Positions 23,289 through 34,283 of a stretch of 64,000 nucleotides of DNA are shown here, piece after piece; position 1 is the stretch's first letter; each line of letters begins with the position of its first letter. The notes under the pieces are model-generated. The model was not told the DNA's origin. It searched no databases and was given only the letters and a program-made list of their open reading frames with translations. This DNA is from Mantamonas sphyraenae STR306 (taxonomy: Eukaryota; Protista; CRuMs), in the NCBI GenBank assembly GCA_026936335.1, contig JAPMXV010000031.1, forward strand, positions 62,001-126,000. Direction: 5' to 3'. The translations under genes and the position numbers were made by a program.

Positions 23289-25765
23289 CTGGCCGTCGTA
23301 CCACTGCGAGAAATGACCAGCCGGTTGGAACTGCCTCGCTTCTGCATGGCGTGCGTGAGCGTGCGCTGCACAATCGCCCCCAAGGCTTCTGCTACATCCT
23401 GCTCCTGCACTGCCTGAGCGTCTTGGAGCAGCATGTGCAGCCAAACATCGCTCTTCAGCACCGGTTCCTCTTCAAAGGGATCATCATCTTCCTCCTCCTC
23501 CTCATCGTCGCCTTCGCCTTTGTCGTCAACGTCCTCCTGGAGCAGCCTGTCAACTTCTGCACGTTCGTAGTCCACGATGGCCTGGGGTCCATACCCAAGC
23601 ACAGTGACAAGCATGCTTTGTGGGAAGCGAATCACTGAGCGCAGTGCTTGTGCACGTACCTGTGGCGTCTTGCTCTCGGTGAATGTGGTCCACAAGCGAG
23701 CCAGAATGGACAGGCTAAACAGGCGAAAGTCGGGATCGTGAGCATCCTTGGCAGCTGCCACCCACAGTTCGGCCAGTGCTTCACGCACCCCTGGTCGTGC
23801 GTCGTCCACCGCGTCGAGATCAGCGCGCAAGACAGCCCACGCCGTGGCGAAATCCACCACCTCTTCCTGGCACAGGGTATGCAGTGTGCGCAAGGTATAC
23901 CGACACACGTCGTCGTCTGCGTCATGCACAATCATTTGTGCCATGATGTCGACAAAGTCAGCCGCCGCTGCCGGGTCGTGCAGCGCCACTGCATGCAAGG
24001 CCAGCGCATATGACGCTCTCAGGGGCGCTTCCACGTCCGCTGAGTAGCATCGAATGCGCTGAGCAATTTTGTCAAAGAGGCTGAAGCGGGGTTGGTTCTG
24101 CCACACGCGGACAAGCAGTTGCACGGCCACGTGTGCAAGTGAGGACGAGCTTGTTTCCAGCGTCAGAATGATGCGCATCACGCGTGCTGTGTTGTGTTGA
24201 TTCACTGCCAGATTGGGAAGGCCATACAACAGCTGCAACAGTGCGTCTGGCTGGCTAACCAGACGGTTGATCTGAAACACAAGCAACGGCAGCAGCCGCA
24301 AGGCAGGATATCCTTCCTGCTGGAGGGGAAGCTTGTCAAAAAGAGCCTCCCATGCCGAGTATTGCCACATGGGCAGGTCTGACATGCAGCACAATCCCAG
24401 GAGCTCAAAGAGGTGTTGTGTCGGATTTCGAACCATGTGGTTGATGTAGCGCGTGCAGGCTGTGTGTGCTCGCCCTGCAACGGTGTCCATGTCCAAACCT
24501 TCATGGTGATCAAACTCACTTCGTGGGTCCACTGTTGATGGTCGCACAATGGCAGCGATACGTGTGTCGACGTCGCTGTGCCGAGAGGCAAGGTGGCGTT
24601 TCAAGCCGAAGCGAAAATGGTTGCTTTGCAACATCCAAGGGGACGTACTGGCCGGGGCATCAGCAAAGAGCGTCAGCTGGGCGAGGAGCTCGTTGGCCAA
24701 CTGTTTGTGTGCCGAGGTCGTGAGCAGTGCCGCCGTTTCCACCACAGGGCCGATGAGGAACGGGAGCACATGAAGACGAAACGTGGGTGTGCACAAAACC
24801 TGCTTGAGATGAGTGGAAAGCACATCAAAGGCGTGATGGAGCACGTGCAAGCAAGTTGCTCGGTCGCGCTGACCCTGCGCGTCAAAGAGGAGTTTGGCGA
24901 GCAGCAGCAGCGCGTTCTCTGCGCTCACCAGGCACATGGGCACAGTGACCACAAATGCATCCAGAGTACGCATCAAAGCGTGCACCGCGTGGCCTTTGCG
25001 CTGTGATTCCAGAGCTTGGTCGAGCAGATGAAGCACAATACCCGTGGCTACGTCGTGGGCGAGGGAGTCGTCCAGCAATCGCAGCGGCTGCTTGCTGAAC
25101 GGGGTGCATTCTACGCACCAGCGCATGTACAGGTGAGCACAAGCGACAGTGAGGTCTCTGTGCGATGCCAGACATGGGACCAGCGCACCCAGCAGCGCTT
25201 GTGCGTGCGTGGACAATCGCTCGCCTTCCACCGCCTGAACCAACCGCAGGCCCAACCATTCGTTTTCGCTCACCAACGGTGCCACTGCCTCGTAAACCTT
25301 GTCTACAGCCTCTTCAGTGTCCGCATCGCTTGCCACAAGCGCGCATTCCTCTCCAAACGCCTGTCGGAACAGTGCAAGCAGCTCCGGTGTCGGGGCACTC
25401 CGGATCAACGCTTGCGCAGGCCCACTCAGCGCCCCACAGGCCACACCATGCTTAACCAGAGCGCCCAACAGCACATTTGTGCACGAAACGGGCATCTGAG
25501 ATGCTTTGGCAGGTAGAGTGGACGAGATCACACGCAACAGCTCCTCGTGGTCCACAGTCATGTCCTCCAGCCGAGCCAGCGCTGTCTCCACGACCATGAC
25601 ACTGGGTGCAAACAGAGCCTCCCACAGCTCGGCTTTGCTCTTCAGCTGCAGCGTCGACTCCAGCTGGATGGCAGCGCTGGGTAGCACATGCACGTCAAGA
25701 GCGGTTTTGCGACGATGCATCGTGGTTGTGGTGAAGCTGGCGCAGTTCTTGTTCATTGTGTTCAT
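20897..25765 (-). CDS. FOCAD: Focadhesin/RST1-like ARM/HEAT protein (start uncertain)
   Basis: A 1.6-kaa helical-repeat ORF with LCQEEVVDFATAWAVL and SPAVAENTVLAM, resembling motifs I recall from focadhesin/RST1. Confidence 0.7.
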
Positions 25766-28495
25766 GTTGCAGTTCCTGTTTGTGCGCTCCCCTCTGCCTC
25801 TTCTTTGGCCTTGTCTTCCTTTTCCTCGCTAGCTTTTTTTGTGTCCACGTTGAACTCGTCAACGTGGATGACGGGCACATCGTCAGCAGCGGACGGTGAT
25901 TCGTCCTCGACGGTGATGCTCAATCCAGGCGTGTTGGTGAGCAAAGGCGAAGGGCTTTCCACAGAAATCTCTACGTCACTGGAGGAGGCCACATCCTCGT
26001 CGCCGTCGACCAACATCTGCAACTTGGCCTTGTTCTTCTCCATGGACCTCAGGTGGTGCTTGAGCTCGGGCAGCAGCTTGTGCATGGCCTCAAACATGGG
26101 TTGAACAATATAGGTGATGAAGTTGATGGTCATCTGGTTCTGATCCGTGTTGGGCTCGTTCATGGGCTGCACAGGCAAGCCTTCCTTGAGCTCGAGCTCG
26201 CCTTGGCTTTTGAACTCGCGCGACAGATTGCCGGTCCACTTGGATGCCACGGGCCACGGCTTGGTCGGGTTGGAGATGTCTGCCGCGTGGAGTAGTGTGC
26301 GGCAGAGGGTGCCGATGTGTTCGCGGTTGGATTCGTCAAACTCTGCGGCCATTGTGTTGAATTCGGACACGGTGTCAAAGTGGTGCACCATGTCTGTGTG
26401 CAGGATGCACGAAATGATGGTCTTGCGGATTTCCATAAACTCGGTCTGTTCCACGTGTGCAAAAATGTTGCAGCCGGGCCGGCGTGCGATGCGGAAGGCA
26501 AGGCAGGCGTGGTGGAATTCTAGCGGAGATTGATCGTTGTACATGAGAGCCAGATCGGACTGTGCGTTGACCAAGTAGGTGTTGGTGAGACCCGGATGGT
26601 CGACGTCGTGGCACAGGGCGGCCACAAGCAGGGCAAAGTTGTCTTGTGTGCTCAGCAGCTCGCGCAGCCTTGTGTTTACAATCAGCGCGTACACGGTTTG
26701 GGTGACGTCAAAGGCATGAATAAAGTTGTGGTATGGGTTGTCCTGGTAGTGGTCACGCACGGCAATGATAAACTCGATGAGAGTCTCTGCAGCAATGGAA
26801 AACGCTTGCGGAATGCCAAAGTCGTTGAACATCTCGACCAGGAAGGGCACGAAATCTGAACTTTGAACTTCAAACACGTTGAAGGAATAGCTTTGCAACT
26901 GTTGCGCCTGCATGGTACTCTTGCGGCGCAGATGATAGTCGGCTACACTGGCTTTCCTGTCGCGGTTCTGAAAGGCGCGCAAGCGCGGGGCGCGTGTGTC
27001 GCGAAAGTGAGAATACTCGGAGAGCAGCCATTCGCGTGTTTCCGAGTCAACTTTGTCCGAATCAAACAGCGGTTGTTGCTCCTCGTGGCCGTGCAGCACA
27101 GCAAAGATCTTGGACAGCGATTGTCGCAGCTCCTCGCCGTTGAGCTGGGGCATGGCTTCAGCACCCTCTTCCTCATTTCTACTGGCTTCGGGGGTCGCTG
27201 GCATTATGATGCTGCTGCTCATGCTGCTGGAACTGCTCACGCTTTCGCCTGCGCTTTCCAGTTCCAAGCGATCTTCGGGGGGCGTACTGGATGCGCTTCC
27301 AGCAGTGCTGCCTGTGCGCGAGCGTGGCTCCACCGAGGACGTCAGGCGAGACGTAAGCTCTTCCAGGCGCATGCCCAGTGAGCCGGAGCGCTTGGCGATG
27401 GGCGAGCCCATGGATTCCAGGCGTGCACTCTGGCGCTCGTAGGCCCCCTGCAACAGATACAGAGTTCCCTTGAGCCAGAGGATTTTCGACGATTGCGCCT
27501 TGTTCACCTGCTCTGCATCCTCCAGACGCTCCTCGAGCCAGCGTTTCTGCCTGCGCAGCTTGTTGACATCTGCACGCACCATCATCAGCTCGTTTTCATA
27601 CTCCTCTGTGGCCGCTTCGCCGTCGCTCACAGCCAACGCGGCTGCACGTGCTGCTGCGGCGTTGCCACTGGATAGGCTGGCCGAGGTGCGCTTGGATGTG
27701 CTTGTGGAAGCGGAGCTGCTACTTCGACGTTGTACCTGGTGGTGGTGGTCCGCCAGAGTGGACAGAAGGAGAAGCTTCTGCCGCAGAAGCAAACGCAACT
27801 GGGCGTTTGCCACACCGGCTGTGTTGAGCGTGTCGTCTGTGATGCGGCTCATATGTGCACATGTGTCCAGGTCGGGGCACAGCGCTGCAGGGGATCGCCA
27901 TGGAGGCCAAGTGGAACCAGGGTGTGGGACGGACAGAGTGAGCGGCAGAAACGACGGTGGCGAAAACAACGCTGGCTTTGCTGACATGCCCGTTTCACGC
28001 AGCCGTTTGCGAACAGGGGTGGTCGCTTGGTCACCTGCCGTAGCCGGCCACCATTCAGGTGTACGTTGTAGACTACGCGTGCGCTTATGACAGCGACAAC
28101 GGTGCGAGGCTGCAGAAGAAGACACGTGGATGAGAGGGCCGGAAAGGCCGCTCGTGGCAAGATTCAAAATGAGCAGCCCAGCCCTCCCAAAGGCGAAAAA
28201 GGCACACAAACATCGGCATTGGCACACACATACCAAGTGAGGGCAGAGAAATAAGTTCAGGATCTCCTCGCAGCGTCTCAACCGTCTCAAAGTACGGTTT
28301 GTTGTCCTCTGCGGGCACGTGGACAATTAGAGCGCCGAGAGTGTGATTGGCCTTTGTGTGCTCTTTGGCCTGCCACACATACTCCACCGCCTGGTCCAGT
28401 CCCACGGTCTCGCAAAGCATTTGATCGTGCTCATGGACCAATGTGGTGAACCAGTCGGCAAACTCTGTGGAGGCAGTGATGAGCACAATGAGCAT
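25762..28495 (-). CDS. Class I 3',5'-cyclic nucleotide phosphodiesterase with an N-terminal receiver-like exon and coiled coil (5' exon structure uncertain)
   Basis: NPYHNFIHAFDV, LCHDVDHPGLTN, LEFHH, TDMVHH, HAADISNP, EFKSQG. Putative exon 1 at 28495-28234 ends at a GTATGT donor. Confidence 0.88.
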
Positions 28496-28557
28496 CGATG
28501 CTTGCGCAGGTTCTTGTGGCTCGGCACCGGCGCCGCCAACCTCCGCTTGTCCATCCA

Positions 28558-31500
28558 ATGCTCGATTCGCAAGGTTCTTCCTCGAGTATTAACAGCAAAA
28601 CAGGCCTCACCGGCGCAGGAAGTTCATCGGACTCTGCTTCCAGCCAGAAGCATTCGGCGACGGCCGGTGTCGGCACCGAGGGCGTGTCGCCCATCTATCG
28701 CTGCGCAGTGCCCATGCTCAAGTTTGACGACGCGCTGCGCCGATTCTTTTACCAGCTGGGCCACTTTGCCTCAGACCACGAGCAGGGCGTGATTGTTTTC
28801 TCACTCCTGCTGTGTCTGGGCATCACCACTGGAATCCTGTTTCAGGTCAACGAATCTGACGCTCAGAAGATCTGGATTCCCCAGGACAGGTACGTGTGTG
28901 AGCATCAGACGAATCCCCTGCACCACATCCGCTTGTTCGATATCGTGCGGGTGGCGCTCTGTTCTTCCTTTCTCGGCGTTCCATCGTAGCCCCCATCGAA
29001 CACGCGCGCGCAAGTCTCCACCGACAGATTTTCCCAACACCTTCCGGCCCCGCTCCCCACGTCACACAGAGCTCCTCTCTGTCGCTCACACTCCTTCCGT
29101 GTCTCCTTGTCGATCCACGTCATGCCTTGAACAGCACGGCACAGGTCCATCGGCGCTATGTGGAAGGTAGGGCTCGTCCAAAGGGGCGTTGTCGACTCGT
29201 TCGTCCGTGGCTCCGAGAAATTTCGGCTCTTCGCATGTTGTTGCTCACACGCGCCCCGCAGCCACGTATCCGCCCGCGCCTAATATCGACACCATCATCC
29301 TGACGCCCAAGAATGGCGGAAATGTCTTTACGCTGCCTCTGCTCAAGCGCGCATTGGAGTTGCAGAACCGCGTGAGCGCCATTTCAAAGGGGTCCACCCG
29401 CTTCCTGGATCAGACCCTTTGTGTGACGCGGCCGAAAATCAGCAACCCTGCAGAAAAGGAGTGCATTGTCAACAGTGTGTTTGTGCCCTGGAGTAGCAAC
29501 GCGACACTGTTTGACGCCCAGCCCAATCTGGGCGCCGTCCAAGCAACGCTCCGACAGCTGGAGACGCAAGAGGTCCTGCCCACTTCGCTGCTCACAGTCT
29601 TGCTGGCGAATGTCAAGCGCAATGGCCAGGAACAGATCAGCTCTGCCTCAGCCATGCGCCTGCAGTGGTGGACGTGGAGCAACGACACCCGATCCGAGGA
29701 TTGGGAAGGCCAGTGGCTTATTGACGTGCCCACCATCGCCAAAGACTTTGCCTCTGACTTTGATGTCTACTATTCGTCCCAGCGCTCCATCCAGGACGAG
29801 CTGAGCAGGGCCGTAAACAACAACCTGGTGTTCTTTGGCTTTGCCTTCATTCTGATTGTGCTGTACTGCGCCATGACCCTTGGCCAGCGCGATCGAGTGC
29901 ATAGCAAGGTGGCTCTGTCGCTTTGTGGCATTTTGGCCGTGGTGCTGAGTATCGGCGTCATGTTTGGCATCTGTGGCTACATTGGGGTGTTCAACACGCC
30001 CGTCACCTCCGTCATCCCGTTTCTCGTGCTGGGCATCGGCGTCGACGACATGTTCATCATTGTGGACTCGTTCGAGCGGGTGCCCAAGGCGAACCGCTCG
30101 ATCCCGCAGCGCATCGGTCTCGGGTTGGCAAACGCCGGCGCGTCCATCACCATGACGTCGCTCACTGACATCTTGGCCTTTGTTGCGGGCACCTTGACGG
30201 TTTTGCCTGCCATCCAGAGCTTCTGCATCCATGCGGCGCTTGCAGTGGCCGTCGACTTTACCCTGCAGGTCACCTTCTTCGTGTCGTGCCTGTCGCTGGA
30301 TGTGAAGCGCCGCGAGCACCGAAGGTACGACTGCCTGTGCTGCATTGAAGACTCTCGCGAAGCTGTGCAGGCCGAAAAGGACGTGCAGTCAGCCGCAGGG
30401 AGCGGGGGAGGGATGAAATCAATGAGTGCAGCGCAGCTTGCAACGATGTCGTCGCCTGCACGCAGCCCGCGCAAAGACCGAGCCACACTTCTGCGCGACG
30501 AAAGCTTGAGCGGCAATGGGGCACGCAGCCAAATGCAACGCACGTCGTCGTTCACACGCTCGCAGCGCACGAAGCCGCAGAGTTTGGAAGAGCAGATGCG
30601 AGAGCTTGCAGAAAACCCCGAGTCCACCGGGCTTCTGAGTCGCTTCCTCGGCGAGTACTATACGCCGTTTCTGCTGCACCCCATCACTCGTGTGGTGGTG
30701 GTGGCTGGATTTGCGACCATTGTGGCCTTTGGGGTGCTGGGTGCCCTGCAGCTGCAACAAGACTTTGAGATCCGCCAGTTGGCGCCCGACGGGTCGTACC
30801 TGGTGTCCTACCTGGATGCCGAGGACCGCGAGTGGCCCAACCAAGAGGTGCCCTTCACCATCTATACGCAGAACTTTGATCACGCGGTGCCAAGCAATCT
30901 GGATTCGTTCACGACGGTGTTGAGCCAGATGCGCGCAAACACTTGGGTGCAGGACGTCTCGCAGAGCTGGCTGGAAGCTTTCCGTACGTTTGTCAAGGCT
31001 CGTCTGCCGGCGAGTTCGCTGTCATCCGATGTGCCCAGCAACAAGACTCAGTTCTACGAGGAGCTTTCGCTGTTTCTGCGCACCAGTGGAGCTCGCTTCC
31101 GCAGCTCGGTTCGGTTTAAGGACGAGGCGGTGCCTTCGGACGGCATTGTGAGCACGAGCACGGGCGCAAATTTGAAGCCCCTGGCCAACTCGTCGGTGCA
31201 AGTGGACGCGATGACCTCCGTGCGCAATGTGGCCTCGGAGACGCAGAAGACCATCAAATGGTTCCCGTTCTCCTTCAACTTTATCTTTTTCGAACAGTTT
31301 GCGGTGATCGAGTACGAAGCTTTCCAGAACCTGATTCTGGCCGGAGTAGCGGTGTTGCTCGCATGCACGTTGTTCCTCGTGCATCCAGGCGCTGCGTTCA
31401 TTGTTTTCCTGAATGTGGCTATGATTGATGCGGGTCTGCTGGGTTTCATGTACTATGTGGGCCTGAGCATCGATTCGCTGACGGTCGCGAACCTGGTGAT

Positions 31501-31861
31501 GGCTGTGGGTCTGAGTGTGGACTACTCGGCGCATATTTGCCATCAATTCATGAGCATCCCTGGAGACGACCGCGTGCAGCGCACCATTGCCGCTATGGGA
31601 AGCATGGGATCGTCTGTCCTTGCGGGTGCGACATCCACCTTCCTCGGTATCGTGGTGCTGGGAATTGCACCGGCTGAGCTGTACCGCGTGTTCTTCAGGA
31701 TGTTTGTGGGCACCATTGTGCTGGGCATGGCACACGGCCTCGTGTTTCTCCCCGTGGTGCTGGCCACTATTGGTCCTGCACCTCTGCCGCATGTCGTGCT
31801 GGAGCACAAGCGAGCCTTGGAGGAGATGGATTTGAAGAAGCGCGGCGGGGGGTTGATTTGA
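28558..31861 (+). CDS. Patched/NPC1-like sterol-sensing-domain RND transporter (PTCHD-type, no NPC1 N-terminal domain)
   Basis: PFLVLGIGVDDMFII, SITMTSLTD, AVGLSVDYSAHI, HGLVFLPVVL. Introns 28890-29134 and 29167-29261 flank a 32-nt exon, giving WIPQDSTAQVHRRYVEATYP. Confidence 0.92.
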
Positions 31862-31895
31862 TGCAATGCAAGACTGGATCACAGATTCCTGGCGT

Positions 31896-33422
31896 TCATT
31901 TGGCTGCTTCAAGCGCGGAACCAATAGGGAAGGACAGAATGATGCCAAAAATGATGCCGACCATGAGAAAGTTGTTGATGAGGGAGATTGTAGAGGCCTT
32001 GTACTCGGTTTCGGCCCTGTCGCTGGCCATGCCGTAGATGAGAGAGGAAAAGTAGCCGCCAAAGGTGCAAAACACAGCCGTAAGAACGATGATGAGGCCG
32101 TCGCTGGTGAAGCCGAGGCCGCCCGAGACGTAGGCAAAGAAGAAGGGAACGTAGAGGATGGTACGCACGAGAATGCCCAAAAAGAGAGAACGGGGGCCCT
32201 TAATGATGCGACCACGGCGAGCGAGGTTGAGCTGCTGTCCGAGGAAGGTGCCAATGAGGTTACAGTAGACAAGGGTCTCGCCGAGAGCCTCACCGCGGGC
32301 GTCGGTAAACTGCGAGGGCACCTGGGTGAAAAAGGACATGCAGAGGAGCGTGGAAACCCACATGAGGAGAACGGAGACCTGGAACCATGCGCTCTGGGCA
32401 AAGGTGGCGGAGAAGCTGGGCTGGCTGGAGGCGACGGCAGCGTCGGTGGACTCGCTGGCTTTTTCCACGCGGCGGGCGTCCTTGAGGGTCATGACATGCG
32501 TGGTGACGGGACTGGCTCGCAGGGCAAAGAATACAAGGACGCCGAAGAAGATGAAGAAGGATGCGCCAGTGAAGTATGATGCGACGGCGGCCGGGCTTGG
32601 GGATGTGGAGAAGCCGACGCTGAGGTTGAGAATGAGCAGGATGAACGTGCTTGTGCTCTGACCAATAAACATAAAGGTGGAGCACTTGCCATCGTAGTTT
32701 CCTGCCATCTGCGAGAGGGCACCGTAGCTGAGGGTTGGCAAGGAAGGAAGGGCGGGCGCGTGAAAACAAGAAAGACGGGAGGGCAATGAAATAGCGCGGC
32801 AGGTTGTCAGCATACACCACACATACCACACTACGGGACGGCGAGGCAGGGCTGCCAGGAGGAATGCAGAGGGCAAAACGCACCCGACACTGTCAAAGAC
32901 ACCGACAAACGCGACGACAGTGAGGAGGACGCCGAGGTTTGCGGCAATGGACGGGATGAGGAGGACGGAGAGGCCGAGGACACTGGCCGCGGCCAGCATG
33001 CGTACGGTGTAGGCGTTGATGGAGCCAAACATGTTGTCCACTTGGACGTCAAATTTGGTCTGGAGGATCAAGAGGGGAAGGGCTGGGACGTTGTAGGCGG
33101 CAAGGAACATGCGGTAGATCTCGCCACCGTGGATGCGAGCAAAATAGGAGACACCGGTGCTGATGCTGTACCAGCCCATGGACATGCCGATGCCGCAGAT
33201 GAGGAAACAGGCGTAGACAAAGTTCATCTGATTCTTGGTGGGCTTGAAGCCTTGGGTGCCTGGCTTGTTGGAGGAGAGTTCGTCTTCGAGGGCGACGTAG
33301 TTGCCAGAGACGTCGGAGGCGTTGGCGTACATGCTACGCGTCCTGTCCTGGCGCACCTGACGGCGCTCATCGCTCAGTTGATTGAACACATTGGTGAGAC
33401 CTCCCAGAGCGATGTCCTCCAT
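31896..33422 (-). CDS. Equilibrative nucleoside transporter (SLC29/ENT family)
   Basis: About 11 TM segments: FLICGIGMSMGWY, YGALSQMAG..FIGQS, NLIGTFLGQ, FGGYFSS, MVGIIFG. In-frame intron 32728-32883. Confidence 0.8.
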   Translation of the reverse strand: MEDIALGGLTNVFNQLSDERRQVRQDRTRSMYANASDVSGNYVALEDELSSNKPGTQGFKPTKNQMNFVYACFLICGIGMSMGWYSISTGVSYFARIHGGEIYRMFLAAYNVPALPLLILQTKFDVQVDNMFGSINAYTVRMLAAASVLGLSVLLIPSIAANLGVLLTVVAFVGVFDSVGCVLPSAFLLAALPRRPVVWYVWCMLTTCRAISLPSRLSCFHAPALPSLPTLSYGALSQMAGNYDGKCSTFMFIGQSTSTFILLILNLSVGFSTSPSPAAVASYFTGASFFIFFGVLVFFALRASPVTTHVMTLKDARRVEKASESTDAAVASSQPSFSATFAQSAWFQVSVLLMWVSTLLCMSFFTQVPSQFTDARGEALGETLVYCNLIGTFLGQQLNLARRGRIIKGPRSLFLGILVRTILYVPFFFAYVSGGLGFTSDGLIIVLTAVFCTFGGYFSSLIYGMASDRAETEYKASTISLINNFLMVGIIFGIILSFPIGSALEAAK

Positions 33423-33496
33423 GGCGTGGAAGAAAAGTGTTGCTGTGAGGCGCTGCGCGCGAGCGGGGCCACAGAACCGCCAAGGGAAGAGCAGAG

Positions 33497-34062
33497 ATGT
33501 TTGCGCGCGTTGTGGCAGGCACACGGCTGGAAAGTGGATATGCAGTGGCAAGGCTGAGTTCATCGGCATGCGCAATGAGCAGCAGCAGCGGGGTGGGCGA
33601 GGAGGTTGTGGGCGAGTTGTACACACGCACACGCAGCGCACAGGGGTCGCAGCCAAACAAGGAGCTGCGCGATGCCGGGCGCATCCCGGGAGTCATCTTT
33701 GGGTCGCAGAGGGATCAGCGACAGCTGATTTCTGTGGACAAGCGCGCCGTGGACAAGGAGTACAACCGGGAGGAGTTTGTAAGTTGGCCAGAGGACGAGC
33801 GAGGAGGCAACCCGCAGGAGAAGAGCGGTGCCCTGGACACGCAATGGACGCTCACCCAGACGGACACACACGTTGACCAACACAGCCGCACATTGTGTAT
33901 AAAGTTTACATCGATCCGGAGGAGAGTGGAGACGAGAGCGAGCGGCTGGACCGCATTTCGTCCGGCGCGGTGGAGGAGGTGCAGGCACGTGTGCAGCAGC
34001 TGCACAGGCACATGGTCACCGACGAAGTGGAAAACATTACACTGAAGCTTGTTGAGCAGTGA
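33497..34062 (+). CDS. Mitochondrial ribosomal protein bL25 (5S rRNA-binding), 152 aa
   Basis: Arg/Ser-rich presequence-like N-terminus, then RSAQGSQPNKELRDAGRIPGVIFG..ISVD. Intron 33779-33885. Exon 2 is PHIVYKVYID...VQQLHRHMVTDEVENITL*. Confidence 0.78.
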
Positions 34063-34283
34063 GAGCGCAGGGAGGAAGGCCGGGGAAAGGCAAGGTGCAT
34101 GTCTGCCCTGCCGGTCGCTTGGTTTTGCCCTGTTGCGAAAGGATAAAGAGGATCAAACACAGGTATTATACAGCCATGGGCACACATGCACACACCAGGC
34201 TGTACACAATCGCACAAACACGTGCTGCTGGCAGCACGTGCGGCGGCTCGGCCACACACACACACACCGTCACCCACTCGTCC

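Noticed and set aside
25695-25790. Alternative PDE C-terminus (KQELQHEHNEQELRQ...) through a further frameshift, or a PDE-FOCAD fusion
   Set aside because: No conserved motif identifies the correct frame, so it cannot be supported from sequence alone.
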